Shown: one piece after another, positions 46,892-56,762 of the stretch
Position numbering within the stretch: the stretch's first letter is position 1
Layout of the letters: every line of letters starts with the position of its first letter
Assembly: GCA_965603825.1 (NCBI GenBank)
Contig: CBFDEM010000057.1
Span: 496,001-560,000 of the forward strand
Source of the DNA: Blepharisma stoltei ATCC 30299
Taxonomy: Eukaryota > Protista > Ciliophora
Direction of reading: 5' to 3'
Length of the DNA stretch: 64,000 nucleotides
Translations under genes and position numbers: made by a program
Notes under the pieces: model-generated
What the model saw: the letters and a program-made list of their open reading frames with translations, nothing else
What the model was told of the DNA's origin: nothing
Database searches by the model: none

Positions 46892-47897
46892 TTAGTTAAA
46901 TAATAAATACGCCGATGGTTCCATTTTCCTTCTGTTTGTAATGCAATCAAAAATTCATTGTGGCGCTACAATTGTAACTCCATTATTTAAATCCTCTAAT
47001 AAATTGGAATATGTAGTTCCATCAGAAATTATATACTGAGCTGCATCCTTGTTTTCTTGAATAAAATACCCACCCATAGCTTCTACTAATTCTTCAATCA
47101 CTCTTTTTTGAGCTAGATTTACAATATTGCAAGATATTATGCACCCTTCTAAAATATTGCTGTAGCTTTGGGTAGGGATTTTTACTGATGCTTCTCTCTT
47201 TGGAGACGGAGGAGGATCCCTAACTTGAGGAGGATTTATAAGAGCTGTCTGCGAAGGTTTGCTCCAGTCAAGAGCAGGGGGCTGAAATATTTTATTGCTT
47301 TTGATGGCTAGGTGCTCTGGTCCAAAAAAATCAGAAATACCTCCTAAAATTTCTTTGTTTAATTTCTTACCATTGTGCCCATTGTGATTCTTCTGTGCAC
47401 TCTTCATTTCTTGTTCTTTGCTCTCACAAAAACTCTTTTTAAGACCGATACTATTTGTTGTTTCATCAATTACTTCAGTTTTTACAATAAAATAATTCAT
47501 CATAATCCCTTGCTTCTTTTCTTTATTCTCAATAAATAATCTCAATGAAGTGAACGTTTTATTTTGTGCAGTTGGAAAATCTTTTTCGATTCTATAAACA
47601 ATTGCATTAAGCGATTCTTTACGTTTTATTGATTTTTGGAAGAAAAGAGTAGAATCCTTTTGTGTGTGCAGTCAGCCGACGATTTTTAATTTGATGCTTG
47701 ACATAGCTCCTATGATAGTTTCTACCTATATCAATCTCTCCAATAGTGGTTTCTGGGAATTCCAAATCGACAGTTCCTTCTTGTGAGTTGATTTCCCAGT
47801 GAGTATTCCTGTTGACTGATTTTATATTTTCAATAGGCTCGATAGAGATTTCAGGAAAATTGACTTGAGATATTTGATAGTTAATTACTCTTCTCAT
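46892..47897 (-). CDS. BRCT-domain protein, possibly XRCC1-like, one 16-nt intron
   Basis: C-terminal BRCT: ILEGCIISC..VEAMGG..IVAPQ-W(TGA)-IFDCI. The N-terminal part joins in frame after removing 47710-47725. Confidence 0.72.
47710..47725 (-). other. 16-nt intron GTAGAAACTATCATAG
   Basis: GT..AG with A10; removal joins the two ORFs in frame. Confidence 0.75.
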
Positions 47898-48600
47898 TTT
47901 TCATAATGCAAGCTAATGAGTAAATAAAATTAAGCAGAAATAAATGGAAAAGGAAAATACTCTTAGAGAAAAGATATTATATTGTTGAGAAGTGAGTAGA
48001 AATATTATGGAAAGCCTAACGCTTTAGAAGAATTTTATCATTCGTAGGAAATAATGATGCTTATATTAATATGAGCTCTTCATCATGTGATAGGGTTGCA
48101 ATAAATGGTAAAGATTTACTCACGCCAAGCAGCAGTTCCTAGTAAATCTGCCAAACCCGTCCAATATAAGTTTTTATCATGAATTATTAGATATATTGCT
48201 GATTTGCAGAATACTTACTTACAATTGATCAAGACGAAATTGTCCCATTCAGAGGATACTATGGCGGTGTTGGACTTCATGTCCAGGTTAAACAATGGGG
48301 ATACACTCAAGAACGCTGTCCAGAGAAGCCATACAAAGTGATTTTATTAGAAATTTAGAAGCAAGTATAGAGGGTAAAATTTAGACGTTGAGAATACAGC
48401 AATTTTGCACATCCAAGTCAATAGAGCTCTAAAAGGATGAAGAAAGGACATCTAAAACACATGTGGAATCACGCCTTATCTAATTTCTAGCAGTCACATA
48501 GAAATGATCGCCACAGAAAAGCAAGAAGTAACTCTTAAACATAAATTATAAAATTTAAGGATTGCTATTAAAATTGTTTCTTAATAATTTTAAAGGTTTA

Positions 48601-49458
48601 TTATTGAAAATTATTCTCAAGTATTATTTCATATAAGTAATCTCCAATGACTGGATGTGTGTTCCCCCAATGTGATTCATACTTCTCATTCCTCGCTTTA
48701 AGAACTTCCTCATTTTCCTTAATATGTGGAAGCGGGGCTTTTGGTCGATGATAAGCCATCGCAAGCACATTATTCCATATTTTATTTGCAATCCCTAACA
48801 AGCTATTTCTGTCTTTCCCAGACAAAAACGAATCCACGTGATTTTTCACAAAAGGAACATCCGCAATTTCAAGCTCCACCTCAAACGACTTCTTCCCTCC
48901 CATAGAAGCTTCTGTGAAATCCAGCTCCAAGTACTGATATCTAAATGAATGTCTTGCTTTTTTCCTTATCGCGCTAACGGAGCTCTCTTGTGGGATTTCT
49001 TCAAGATTAATTTCAGTGTTTGCAGAAATCCTGAATCCAAGCCCAGTAGTTGGATTTATCAAGAAATTGATGTCAGCAAGTCTTGATTTTTCAATAGTCG
49101 CAATCACCTCATTGTTAGAGTTGATAGTTTGCCTGATTTTTGAGTTCTTTTTTTTGCTCGAGTAAAGGGTGTCTTCAGTCTCGATAAATGTGAAGGGCAC
49201 TGAGTTTTCTTTGAGTTTTTCCATGAGAGAAATAAAGGTTAGAGCTGAAATGTCAGATTCGAACCGCCCGCGATATCTTTGTAAATCAATCATGGAAATC
49301 TGCTTGAAGTCAGGCTTTTCTTCTTGAAAAATGAAGTTTCCGATTTTTGCTTCGATTTCGATGCCTGGCTCGACGAGATATTCTGCAAGAAAGTTCGCCA
49401 GGAGGATTACTCGGTCGTCAGAGTAGTATGGGTTTCCTAGGGCTGTGCGACTTTCCAT
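48601..49458 (-). CDS. mRNA 5'-triphosphatase, Cet1-like CYTH/triphosphate tunnel metalloenzyme
   Basis: IEIEAKIG (ExExK), FESDI, RISANTE, RKKARHSF, FEVELEI. The start is taken at MESRT. Confidence 0.82.
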   Translation of the reverse strand: MESRTALGNPYYSDDRVILLANFLAEYLVEPGIEIEAKIGNFIFQEEKPDFKQISMIDLQRYRGRFESDISALTFISLMEKLKENSVPFTFIETEDTLYSSKKKNSKIRQTINSNNEVIATIEKSRLADINFLINPTTGLGFRISANTEINLEEIPQESSVSAIRKKARHSFRYQYLELDFTEASMGGKKSFEVELEIADVPFVKNHVDSFLSGKDRNSLLGIANKIWNNVLAMAYHRPKAPLPHIKENEEVLKARNEKYESHWGNTHPVIGDYLYEIILENNFQ

Positions 49459-49931
49459 ATTTAGATATTTTGGGAGCTTGGAAGAGTAAGAAATAAGACG
49501 CTGGATTATCATGTGAAATGTGAAATGGATGAATAATTATTATTTAAGATATTAACCTAAACTTAATAAATGCTAACTTTCATAACTAAGAATCTACATG
49601 TTTACATATAAAAAGTACTTTCAGATTGGTGTCTTTTTTGCTTTAATTGTGATGCTATTCAATTTATATTAATATCCTATAATTGCCTAAATCTCTAAAA
49701 TCTTTTAAAGTAAAACAAGTTTTTATCAATTGTTTAAATTTGCAAGCTTCTTGTGATCAATTTTCTACCACATTCTGTCTGATTAGGAGGATAATTTCCT
49801 AAGTACAAAAGATTAATATACAATCTGTTCCAATAGAGCTACTAGTAAAGTTAAACCTTAAAAAATGCTAAAATTTAATTTTTGACCACCAAAGTTATCT
49901 TTTATTTAATATAATAGAATTAAAATATTTT

Positions 49932-50420
49932 ATGTCTGAAAGTTCTGATAGTTCTGGTCCCCAAGGAAGATGGACAAAGGAAGAAAATCGTCGGTTCGTT
50001 GAAGCACTGAATCTGTATGGAAAGGATTGAAGAAAAATCCTTGAGCACGTTGAAACAAGATCGATGGTCCAAATAAGATCTCATGCTCAAAAATACTTTT
50101 TAAAGCTGGAGAAAAAGAAAAAGAAAAGGGAAGATGAAGCATTATTGCCAATACCCCAAGATATCAGAGGATACGATTTACTAGCTATAAAAGACAAACT
50201 TGATCAAGCTTTATTTCAATTGCAAAGTGCCCATTTAGCTCAAGCTTTTAGAGCTGATCTGAATGAGTTACATCAGCAACTTATTAATGCAATACCTCCT
50301 GAAGTAAATGAAGGAGAGACCCTACCACCTGCAAATGGCCATTGATGTCCCAGGAGACCTTTTTGCAACTCCAATCTGTGATTTCACATGGAAAAGGAGG
50401 TTTTTATACTAATTTATTAG
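49932..50420 (+). CDS. SHAQKYF-class single Myb transcription factor (3' end uncertain)
   Basis: GRWTKEENRRFVEALNLYGKD-W(TGA 50028)-RKILEHVETRSMVQIRSHAQKYF. Confidence 0.88.
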
Positions 50421-50776
50421 TGATAAATCTAGCTGCAATAAATTAATTTTTCGTTGGATACTATTTCTTCAGAGGGTGCGTGACTTAATGCTCTAGAATA
50501 GTCTTTATCTCTAAACTTCCCCATAAATTTAAAATTTATATATTTATTCAAAATAAAAATTCAGATGAAATATTAATGCATTAAATTGCTTTTGCTAGAA
50601 TCAAAATGCATTTAATCGATTTTTATTTTGGCAGTTAGGGAAATTAACTATGATTGCCATCAGAAGCGAGTTATAATTCCTTCAATTTGTTATCAAAGAT
50701 GCTTAATCAATAAAGCTCTCATATGTTTATTTAATGTGATTTATTTTTACTTAGGGTTTTTGAAAAGTTCTATTAT

Positions 50777-51214
50777 ATGAATATGGAAGCTAAGCCTCGT
50801 TCATATAGTTCAGGCCTCAATCCATATGCGAGCGCTTTTGAACCAGATATGATAAAGGACAGCTTATCCAGTCTTCATGTATCAAATGAGCCGTCCCAGA
50901 AGCATCAAGCTCCAACTGAAGAGTCTAAGACGCCGATGGCTCATGAAGAGAATAAATCTCACGATGGAAGCCTAAAAGTGTATACAACTGAATTCTTACT
51001 AAGCTTAAAGAACCAGTGCACAAGCCTTCCACAAGAAATTAGCATTCCACAAAACTATGCCGTGTCGCTGAAGACGAAGAAGAAAAAGAAACCAAAAAGA
51101 AAGAGAATCCAAAGTGAGAGTACTGCTCTTCGTGATGTAGAGGGACAGAACCCACAAGAAAGCACTTCAGGCGCCAGTGAAACTATCATTCCTTCCGATA
51201 AACCTAAAGAATAG
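50777..51214 (+). CDS. Small protein with PAM2 (PABP-binding) and YxxxxL-phi (eIF4E-binding) motifs
   Basis: LNPYASAFEP at 50816-50845; KVYTTEFLLSLKNQCTSLP (Tyr at 50981); basic KKKKKPKRKR; TAG stop. Confidence 0.72.
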   Translation: MNMEAKPRSYSSGLNPYASAFEPDMIKDSLSSLHVSNEPSQKHQAPTEESKTPMAHEENKSHDGSLKVYTTEFLLSLKNQCTSLPQEISIPQNYAVSLKTKKKKKPKRKRIQSESTALRDVEGQNPQESTSGASETIIPSDKPKE

Positions 51215-52236
51215 TTAATTATTAGAGTATATAGAAAATGTGGGCAAATATTGTTTTGTAGTTAGCAACCAATCAAAATGCTTTGAATTAGTTTAAACAT
51301 TAATCTAGAATAATAGTTCCTGGTTATTAACTGGCTATTGAGTAGGATGAGCTATTCTTTCAAAGCAATTTATATAATATCATGGCATTATTTTAAAAGT
51401 ATTTCCACATAAATACCAGAATATAAAAATGGCCAATTTTATACTTCTAAAACTTTGCTTCAGAGTGGAGTTCTATCAGTGCGTACTGACTCTTTAATCG
51501 GTCTTAATGGACTGTAAGCTATCTTTTGTTTCAATTTGCAAAACTTCAAACAGAGTTAAAAATGTTTTTCGACCAATTATTTACTAGTTGTTATTGAATC
51601 TGACCTCATTTCAACCAGAAAAATGGTAAATTTATGGGTTAAGCAGAAAAACTTTAATTCAATCTATTTTATTTTTAATAAAATTCAAAAAGCAATTTTC
51701 ACAGGCGCATTATGCAATAAATAAAATTGCTTTGTAAAATTAGTGAAGGCAAAAAATAATTATTTACCTTCCATTATCAAATCCCTTCCTATACTTAAAT
51801 CCTCACTTTAAGAACGAGTAAGAATTTTTTCTTAGAGTTCAGGTAATCGCTTTTAATTTTATGCCTTGAACTAGAGAATCACGTTGCAGGAGATGAATAT
51901 ATTTATGCAATCGTTAAATTGAATTTACTTGATAATTAAATAATTTAATTGTTAAATTGTATATAGGGCAGAGTAATTATAGAAATTACTCTTTTTTCTT
52001 TTCAATATCATCCATTAATCTGCTTTCCATTAAAATATAAAACCTTGAATAATTCTATTTCACTTCAATATTTTCAAAATATTTCAATTTATAGCGCCAA
52101 ATTAATGCAGCATAAGCAATCTGAAATAAATTATATTTACCATAGATAGAAGTAGCTTAAAAACGACTATGTCAATTATCCCCAAGAAATCCATCTTATT
52201 TTCTTAATCGTTTTCAAACCCACCTAAACAAAAAAT

Positions 52237-53118
52237 ATGCTAAAACTCAAAAGAAGCTCATCCTCCGCAAACACTTACGATGAAAATATTCCCAATACAA
52301 GGCTCCCTTACCTCGTTCTAAAAATCGAAAGCGGAATCCGTCTCGGTGAGCTCGTCGACACAATGTCATTACAGCCTTACATCGTTATCGAGTCAGGCAA
52401 CCGAAGCTGGCAGACACAAATAGGATCTCCTTCTGACGACTCTTACGAATGGGGCGAAATCTTCGAAATAGAAGTCGAAGACCTGCAGCCCTTTATGATC
52501 CATCTCTACGACAAAGATGAATATGGCTCCGACGACATTTTGGCATCTCTGATCTTTTCGAGGTCACTTTTCGAAAGTTGGAGATCAGGAAATGCCAACA
52601 TGTGGCTAAAACTAAGCCCGCCACGAGTAAGTATCGACAATCCAACGCCTCTAGACATTGCAGTTGAAGTCCGAGCAAATCAAATTTATAATTCTTACGA
52701 CTGTGGACCAATGCTGCATATCCAGGCATCTTTTATGGATGCACAAACCTTAAAGAAAATGAAAGTCCTTGTTAAAAACCACAAGATAAAAGCTGGAGCT
52801 AATCCGTACATATATTATGAAGTGTCTGTGGTACGAAACGACGGAGTAGAGTGGAAAATTGAATTGAGGTACTCACAAGTGTACGCATTAAGAAGGGAGC
52901 TGATAAGCATCATTCCAGGCCTTAGAAAGCTGCCTTTTCCAAGGAAAACTTATTTTGATTGGCTCTATTTTTTGTGTTCAAGCTGTAATAGATTTTCTCC
53001 TAGCATAATTGCTGAAAGGCAAAAAGGGATGGAATTCTTTTTGAATGCAGTGCTTGAAAATTGCGCAGAAATTGAAAGTGAGACTTTAAATAATTTGTTG
53101 AAGTTGCCTAAGGATTAA
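52237..53118 (+). CDS. C2 domain + PX domain protein
   Basis: C2: QPYIVI..W.E.F..LYDKDEYGSDD. PX: YIYYEVSV..LRYSQVYALRREL..LPFPRK..ERQKGMEFFL. Confidence 0.82.
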   Translation: MLKLKRSSSSANTYDENIPNTRLPYLVLKIESGIRLGELVDTMSLQPYIVIESGNRSWQTQIGSPSDDSYEWGEIFEIEVEDLQPFMIHLYDKDEYGSDDILASLIFSRSLFESWRSGNANMWLKLSPPRVSIDNPTPLDIAVEVRANQIYNSYDCGPMLHIQASFMDAQTLKKMKVLVKNHKIKAGANPYIYYEVSVVRNDGVEWKIELRYSQVYALRRELISIIPGLRKLPFPRKTYFDWLYFLCSSCNRFSPSIIAERQKGMEFFLNAVLENCAEIESETLNNLLKLPKD

Positions 53119-53448
53119 AGGTGGTATAATTAACTCCTTTTATTCATAATAATTAACACAGTTTCTGTAATTATGGTCCTTCAATCTTATTATTAATTAT
53201 TAAGATCTGTTCTGATCTTATGAATTTTTTTCTTAATATTTGACTGTTATTATATGATTATTCAGGAATGAAAACTAAACTTTAAAATTGAATAATAAAC
53301 TCTATTATAGCATGCTTTATTGCTTACTTAGATATTATATAGCATTGAATTTGATTTAAAATAATTATCATACTGATTCAGTTAGTATTTATTTCAGCAG
53401 CAACTTATTTATTTGGCCACTAAATTTCAATAAAAAAGCTCATATTAT

Positions 53449-54084
53449 TTAAAACCTGCCACTCCGCTCTGTCTGGTAATTTTCTAGAAGCCAAGCAGGC
53501 TTGTCGTCTAAATACGGATTGGGTCGCGTTCTTGATTTTGGTCCTAAGCTTGTGTAGCCTTTTTCATAGAGGTGACAAAAACTTGTCTTGGTACTGACAA
53601 TAAAATGCCAAATATCTCCATAGCTTCAGTTCAAAATTGGACATACCCTCATAAATACAGGCCATCCAGGGCTTGATGCAGAGTTGATTTGTTGAGGAGC
53701 ATAAGGGTCGCTTATTCTCTGCCCCAAAAAGACAGCCTCGACGTTCTCTTGGCTGACTAATTCTTCCATTCCTCTTCTGATGTCAGATGATAGCTTCAGG
53801 CTGGTAAATGGAGAAACTGAGAGACGTGTCTGCACAAATTCAATGAGATCTTCAAAGGCATCTGGCTCTTCAAAATACACGATTTTCAGTTCTTTATCGC
53901 CAAGTAATTCAGCTAGTTCGAGAAGTACCGTACAATCTTTTCCTCCATTGAAACTCAGCGCAACTGACCCTTTGGGGTATTTATTAAGAGTCTCTCTCAT
54001 AACGTCAAGGCTTGGCTGAACTTTATTCAGGAAAAATGCTTCGCCTACCGCTTGGCGAATTTCAGAAATTTTACCATCGTTCAT
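53449..54084 (-). CDS. FLAD1: FAD synthase (PAPS-reductase family)
   Basis: SFNGGKDCTVLL, GQRISDP, GWPVFMRVCPILN-W(TGA)-SYGDIW..LYEKGYTSLG..PNPYL..ERSGR. Confidence 0.9.
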
Positions 54085-54526
54085 GTTTAAAATATTTTTT
54101 GGGATCATTTTGAAAATATGCGTCATCACAAAAGTCAGCAAAATAACGAATGATTTCTTTACTATTAATACTGACTGAAAAGTAGATTTATTCATATAGA
54201 AGAGAAATCTTTTTCAAAATCCTTATAATTATGCTTTAGGTGTGAAATTTAAAATCTGAAACAACTAATTTGTATTAGATTGAAATATATTGCTTATTTG
54301 TCTCTTAAAGCGTGATTTATTGAGCTTATTTGATTTTAAATGAGAATTTAGATGCGATAAGTCAAAAGCTATTTATAGAATTTGGATGATAAATTATTTT
54401 TTTAGAAAGAATTTGTTTCTCCTTACGAAGGGAGAGAGTAAGAAATCAATAATTTTAGCGGAGAAGCAAAATTTAATAATAAATCTTAATATTCTGCAAG
54501 CAACTAAGTTGATTATTTATTTTTCC

Positions 54527-55891
54527 TTAAATCAACATTGAATAAGGTTCTTCGATATATTTTTTGAAAGATTGAAGCCATCTAGCACCAATAGCACCAT
54601 CAACAACTCTATGATCACAGCTCAAAGTAACAGTCATCACTGATGAAGCCTTAAATCCTTTTTCAGCATCAGGGACTAGCACATCATGACTCGCACCTAC
54701 AGCTAGAATGCAAGCCTGAGGAGGATTTATGATTGCGCTGAATTCTTTAATGCCGAACATACCTAGATTAGACACAGTAATCGTTCCGCCTTGAAACTGG
54801 TCTGGAGTCAATTTACCAGTTTTAGCCAAATCAGCAAGTTTTTTCATTTCAGCTGAAATTTCGCCTATTCTTTTTATGTGGGCATTCTTAACTATAGGAG
54901 TTATAAGTCCTTTGTCAGTTTGAACAGCTACTGAAACGTCAACATTATCATACATTATCATTGAATTCTCTAGCCAGCATGAGTTTGCCTCTGGGACTTG
55001 AAGAGAAGCTAAGGCTGTTGCTTTAATAATGATATCATTAATAGAAATTTTGACTGGAGACAATGCATTAAGTTTGGCTCTAAAAGCATTGAGGGTGTCA
55101 GTTGCACAGTCTATTGATAAATAATAATGTGGAATTGTCAGCTTTGATTCAAGAAGTCTCTTTGCAATCACTTTTCTGATGCTAGAGTGAGGGATGTCTT
55201 TGAACCCTTCAGCTCTTATTTCTTGAGGAGCCTGAATGGTTGGCTGAGGCTGAGGAGTTGCTGATAAAGCTTGAATTATGTCATCTTTAACGATTCTTCC
55301 ATTAGGGCCAGTCCCTGTAACTTTTGTATAGTCGAAGCTGTTTTCCTTGCTGATTTTTTTGGCTAGTGGAGAAATGAAAACCCTGTCAGAAATTTCAGGC
55401 GATTTCTTGGGTTCCTCTTTAATAGGAGTCTTTACTTCTTTGACTTCAGCTTTGATTTTCTCTGGAGCAACGTTTTCTTGGGATGGCGAGTAATTTTTGA
55501 ATGCTGCGATATCTCCTGAACTGTCAACTAAAATTGCGACTGGCTTTCCGAGTGGAATATTTGCACTACCTTCAGGCTCAATGATTTTCGCTAAATAGAC
55601 GTCGTCTTGGACTTCAAAACCGAGCGTGGCTTTATCAGTCTCAACTTCAAACATGATTTCGCCAGCTTTGACTTTGTCGCCTTCTTTTTTGAGCCATTTC
55701 ACAATTGTTCCTTGAGTCATGGTAGGGGATAATAAGGGCATGCCTAGTTTTTGGTGGCTTGGGAGGCTTGACATAAATCTGTGGCTAATGAATCTGCTTC
55801 GGCTAGTCATAAGCTGAGGGTTTTTTGGCGTGAAGGGCTGAAAAGGCAGTCTAAATAGTGAAAATGCCCTTACTAGGCTTCTTCTCATCAT
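54527..55891 (-). CDS. DLAT: Pyruvate dehydrogenase E2, dihydrolipoamide acetyltransferase
   Basis: Presequence; lipoyl domain LSPTMTQG..ETDKAT; PSBD SPLAKK..GTGPNGRI; catalytic DHRVVDGA. Confidence 0.96.
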   Translation of the reverse strand: MMRRSLVRAFSLFRLPFQPFTPKNPQLMTSRSRFISHRFMSSLPSHQKLGMPLLSPTMTQGTIVKWLKKEGDKVKAGEIMFEVETDKATLGFEVQDDVYLAKIIEPEGSANIPLGKPVAILVDSSGDIAAFKNYSPSQENVAPEKIKAEVKEVKTPIKEEPKKSPEISDRVFISPLAKKISKENSFDYTKVTGTGPNGRIVKDDIIQALSATPQPQPTIQAPQEIRAEGFKDIPHSSIRKVIAKRLLESKLTIPHYYLSIDCATDTLNAFRAKLNALSPVKISINDIIIKATALASLQVPEANSCWLENSMIMYDNVDVSVAVQTDKGLITPIVKNAHIKRIGEISAEMKKLADLAKTGKLTPDQFQGGTITVSNLGMFGIKEFSAIINPPQACILAVGASHDVLVPDAEKGFKASSVMTVTLSCDHRVVDGAIGARWLQSFKKYIEEPYSMLI

Positions 55892-56762
55892 TTATTTTAA
55901 GAGAATTTTAGTAGTAATTGATGTATTGATATTTTAATAAACTTTTTAGGAGTATTTGTGTTTAAAGACGGTTGGTTTTCTTCTTAAAATTCAAGAAATG
56001 CAGATAAATACAAGTATTAAGTTAAATCATTGAAAATCTTCATCAAGACCTATATTTCTGACTCGCCTGCCCGTAAACAGCCTTGCTCTGATTTATTTAT
56101 TCCTAAAGGGTGTGTATTTTCTCCACAGAATTCCAAAATTTTTCTCGCAATATCCTGCATCAAAATAATTTCGTCAAGAAATCTAATCCTCTGATCAGCT
56201 GCAAACTAAAAATAGGATTAAAACCCACTAAAAAATCCCTGGCATGGTGCTAAAGTAAATATCCGATTGGCATAGCGGGGTATATATTTTTGTTTACTTA
56301 GAATAGAGGAGTCCTAGGAATTGCTAGGGAATCTTTCCAACTTCATGTAGAACTTTCTTTAAAAAAGGAAAAATCTTCCCCAAGATTAGGCTTTTGGCTA
56401 TAATCGATCAGCTAGCATTTCCGCTTCACCTGAAAATAAGAGCCTAGCAGCTACTCACATCGGATGACTTATTCCACCCGACCTCCTTCAATTTGTTAAT
56501 TATAAGAATTAGGAAATCGTGCTGGTTCGCTACACCGTTCGATGAAATACTTAAGAATTGCATATAATTATTTCTTTAACCTTTTCCTCATACATTTGCT
56601 ACTACTGCTGGAAGTGAAAATTGCTAAAAGTTATTCGATTTGAAAGAGATGATTTAATATTACTCTATATGATTTTTTGCAACTTAATATAAGGCACTCA
56701 TATATAATTAAATAGTTAAACTTCAGATTAAATTATGTCTTCAAAAATTATAGAAGAATTAA

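Noticed and set aside
47940-48540. Possible gene between the BRCT gene and the triphosphatase
   Set aside because: Only short frames broken by TAG/TAA; no recognisable motif.
50343-50345. TGA as a true stop in the Myb gene (and at 8979 in the kinase), implying an ambiguous code
   Set aside because: Both have a TAA/TAG shortly downstream, so Trp reading is sufficient. It cannot be decided without poly(A)-site or Ribo-seq data.
51689-51733. 11-bp inverted repeat AAAGCAATTTT/AAAATTGCTTT
   Set aside because: AT-rich, single occurrence, plausible by chance; no transposon features.
55960-56575. Relatively GC-rich spacer, considered as ncRNA or tRNA (GGTTCG at about 56524)
   Set aside because: No cloverleaf or snoRNA boxes could be built, and the reading frames are broken; left unassigned.
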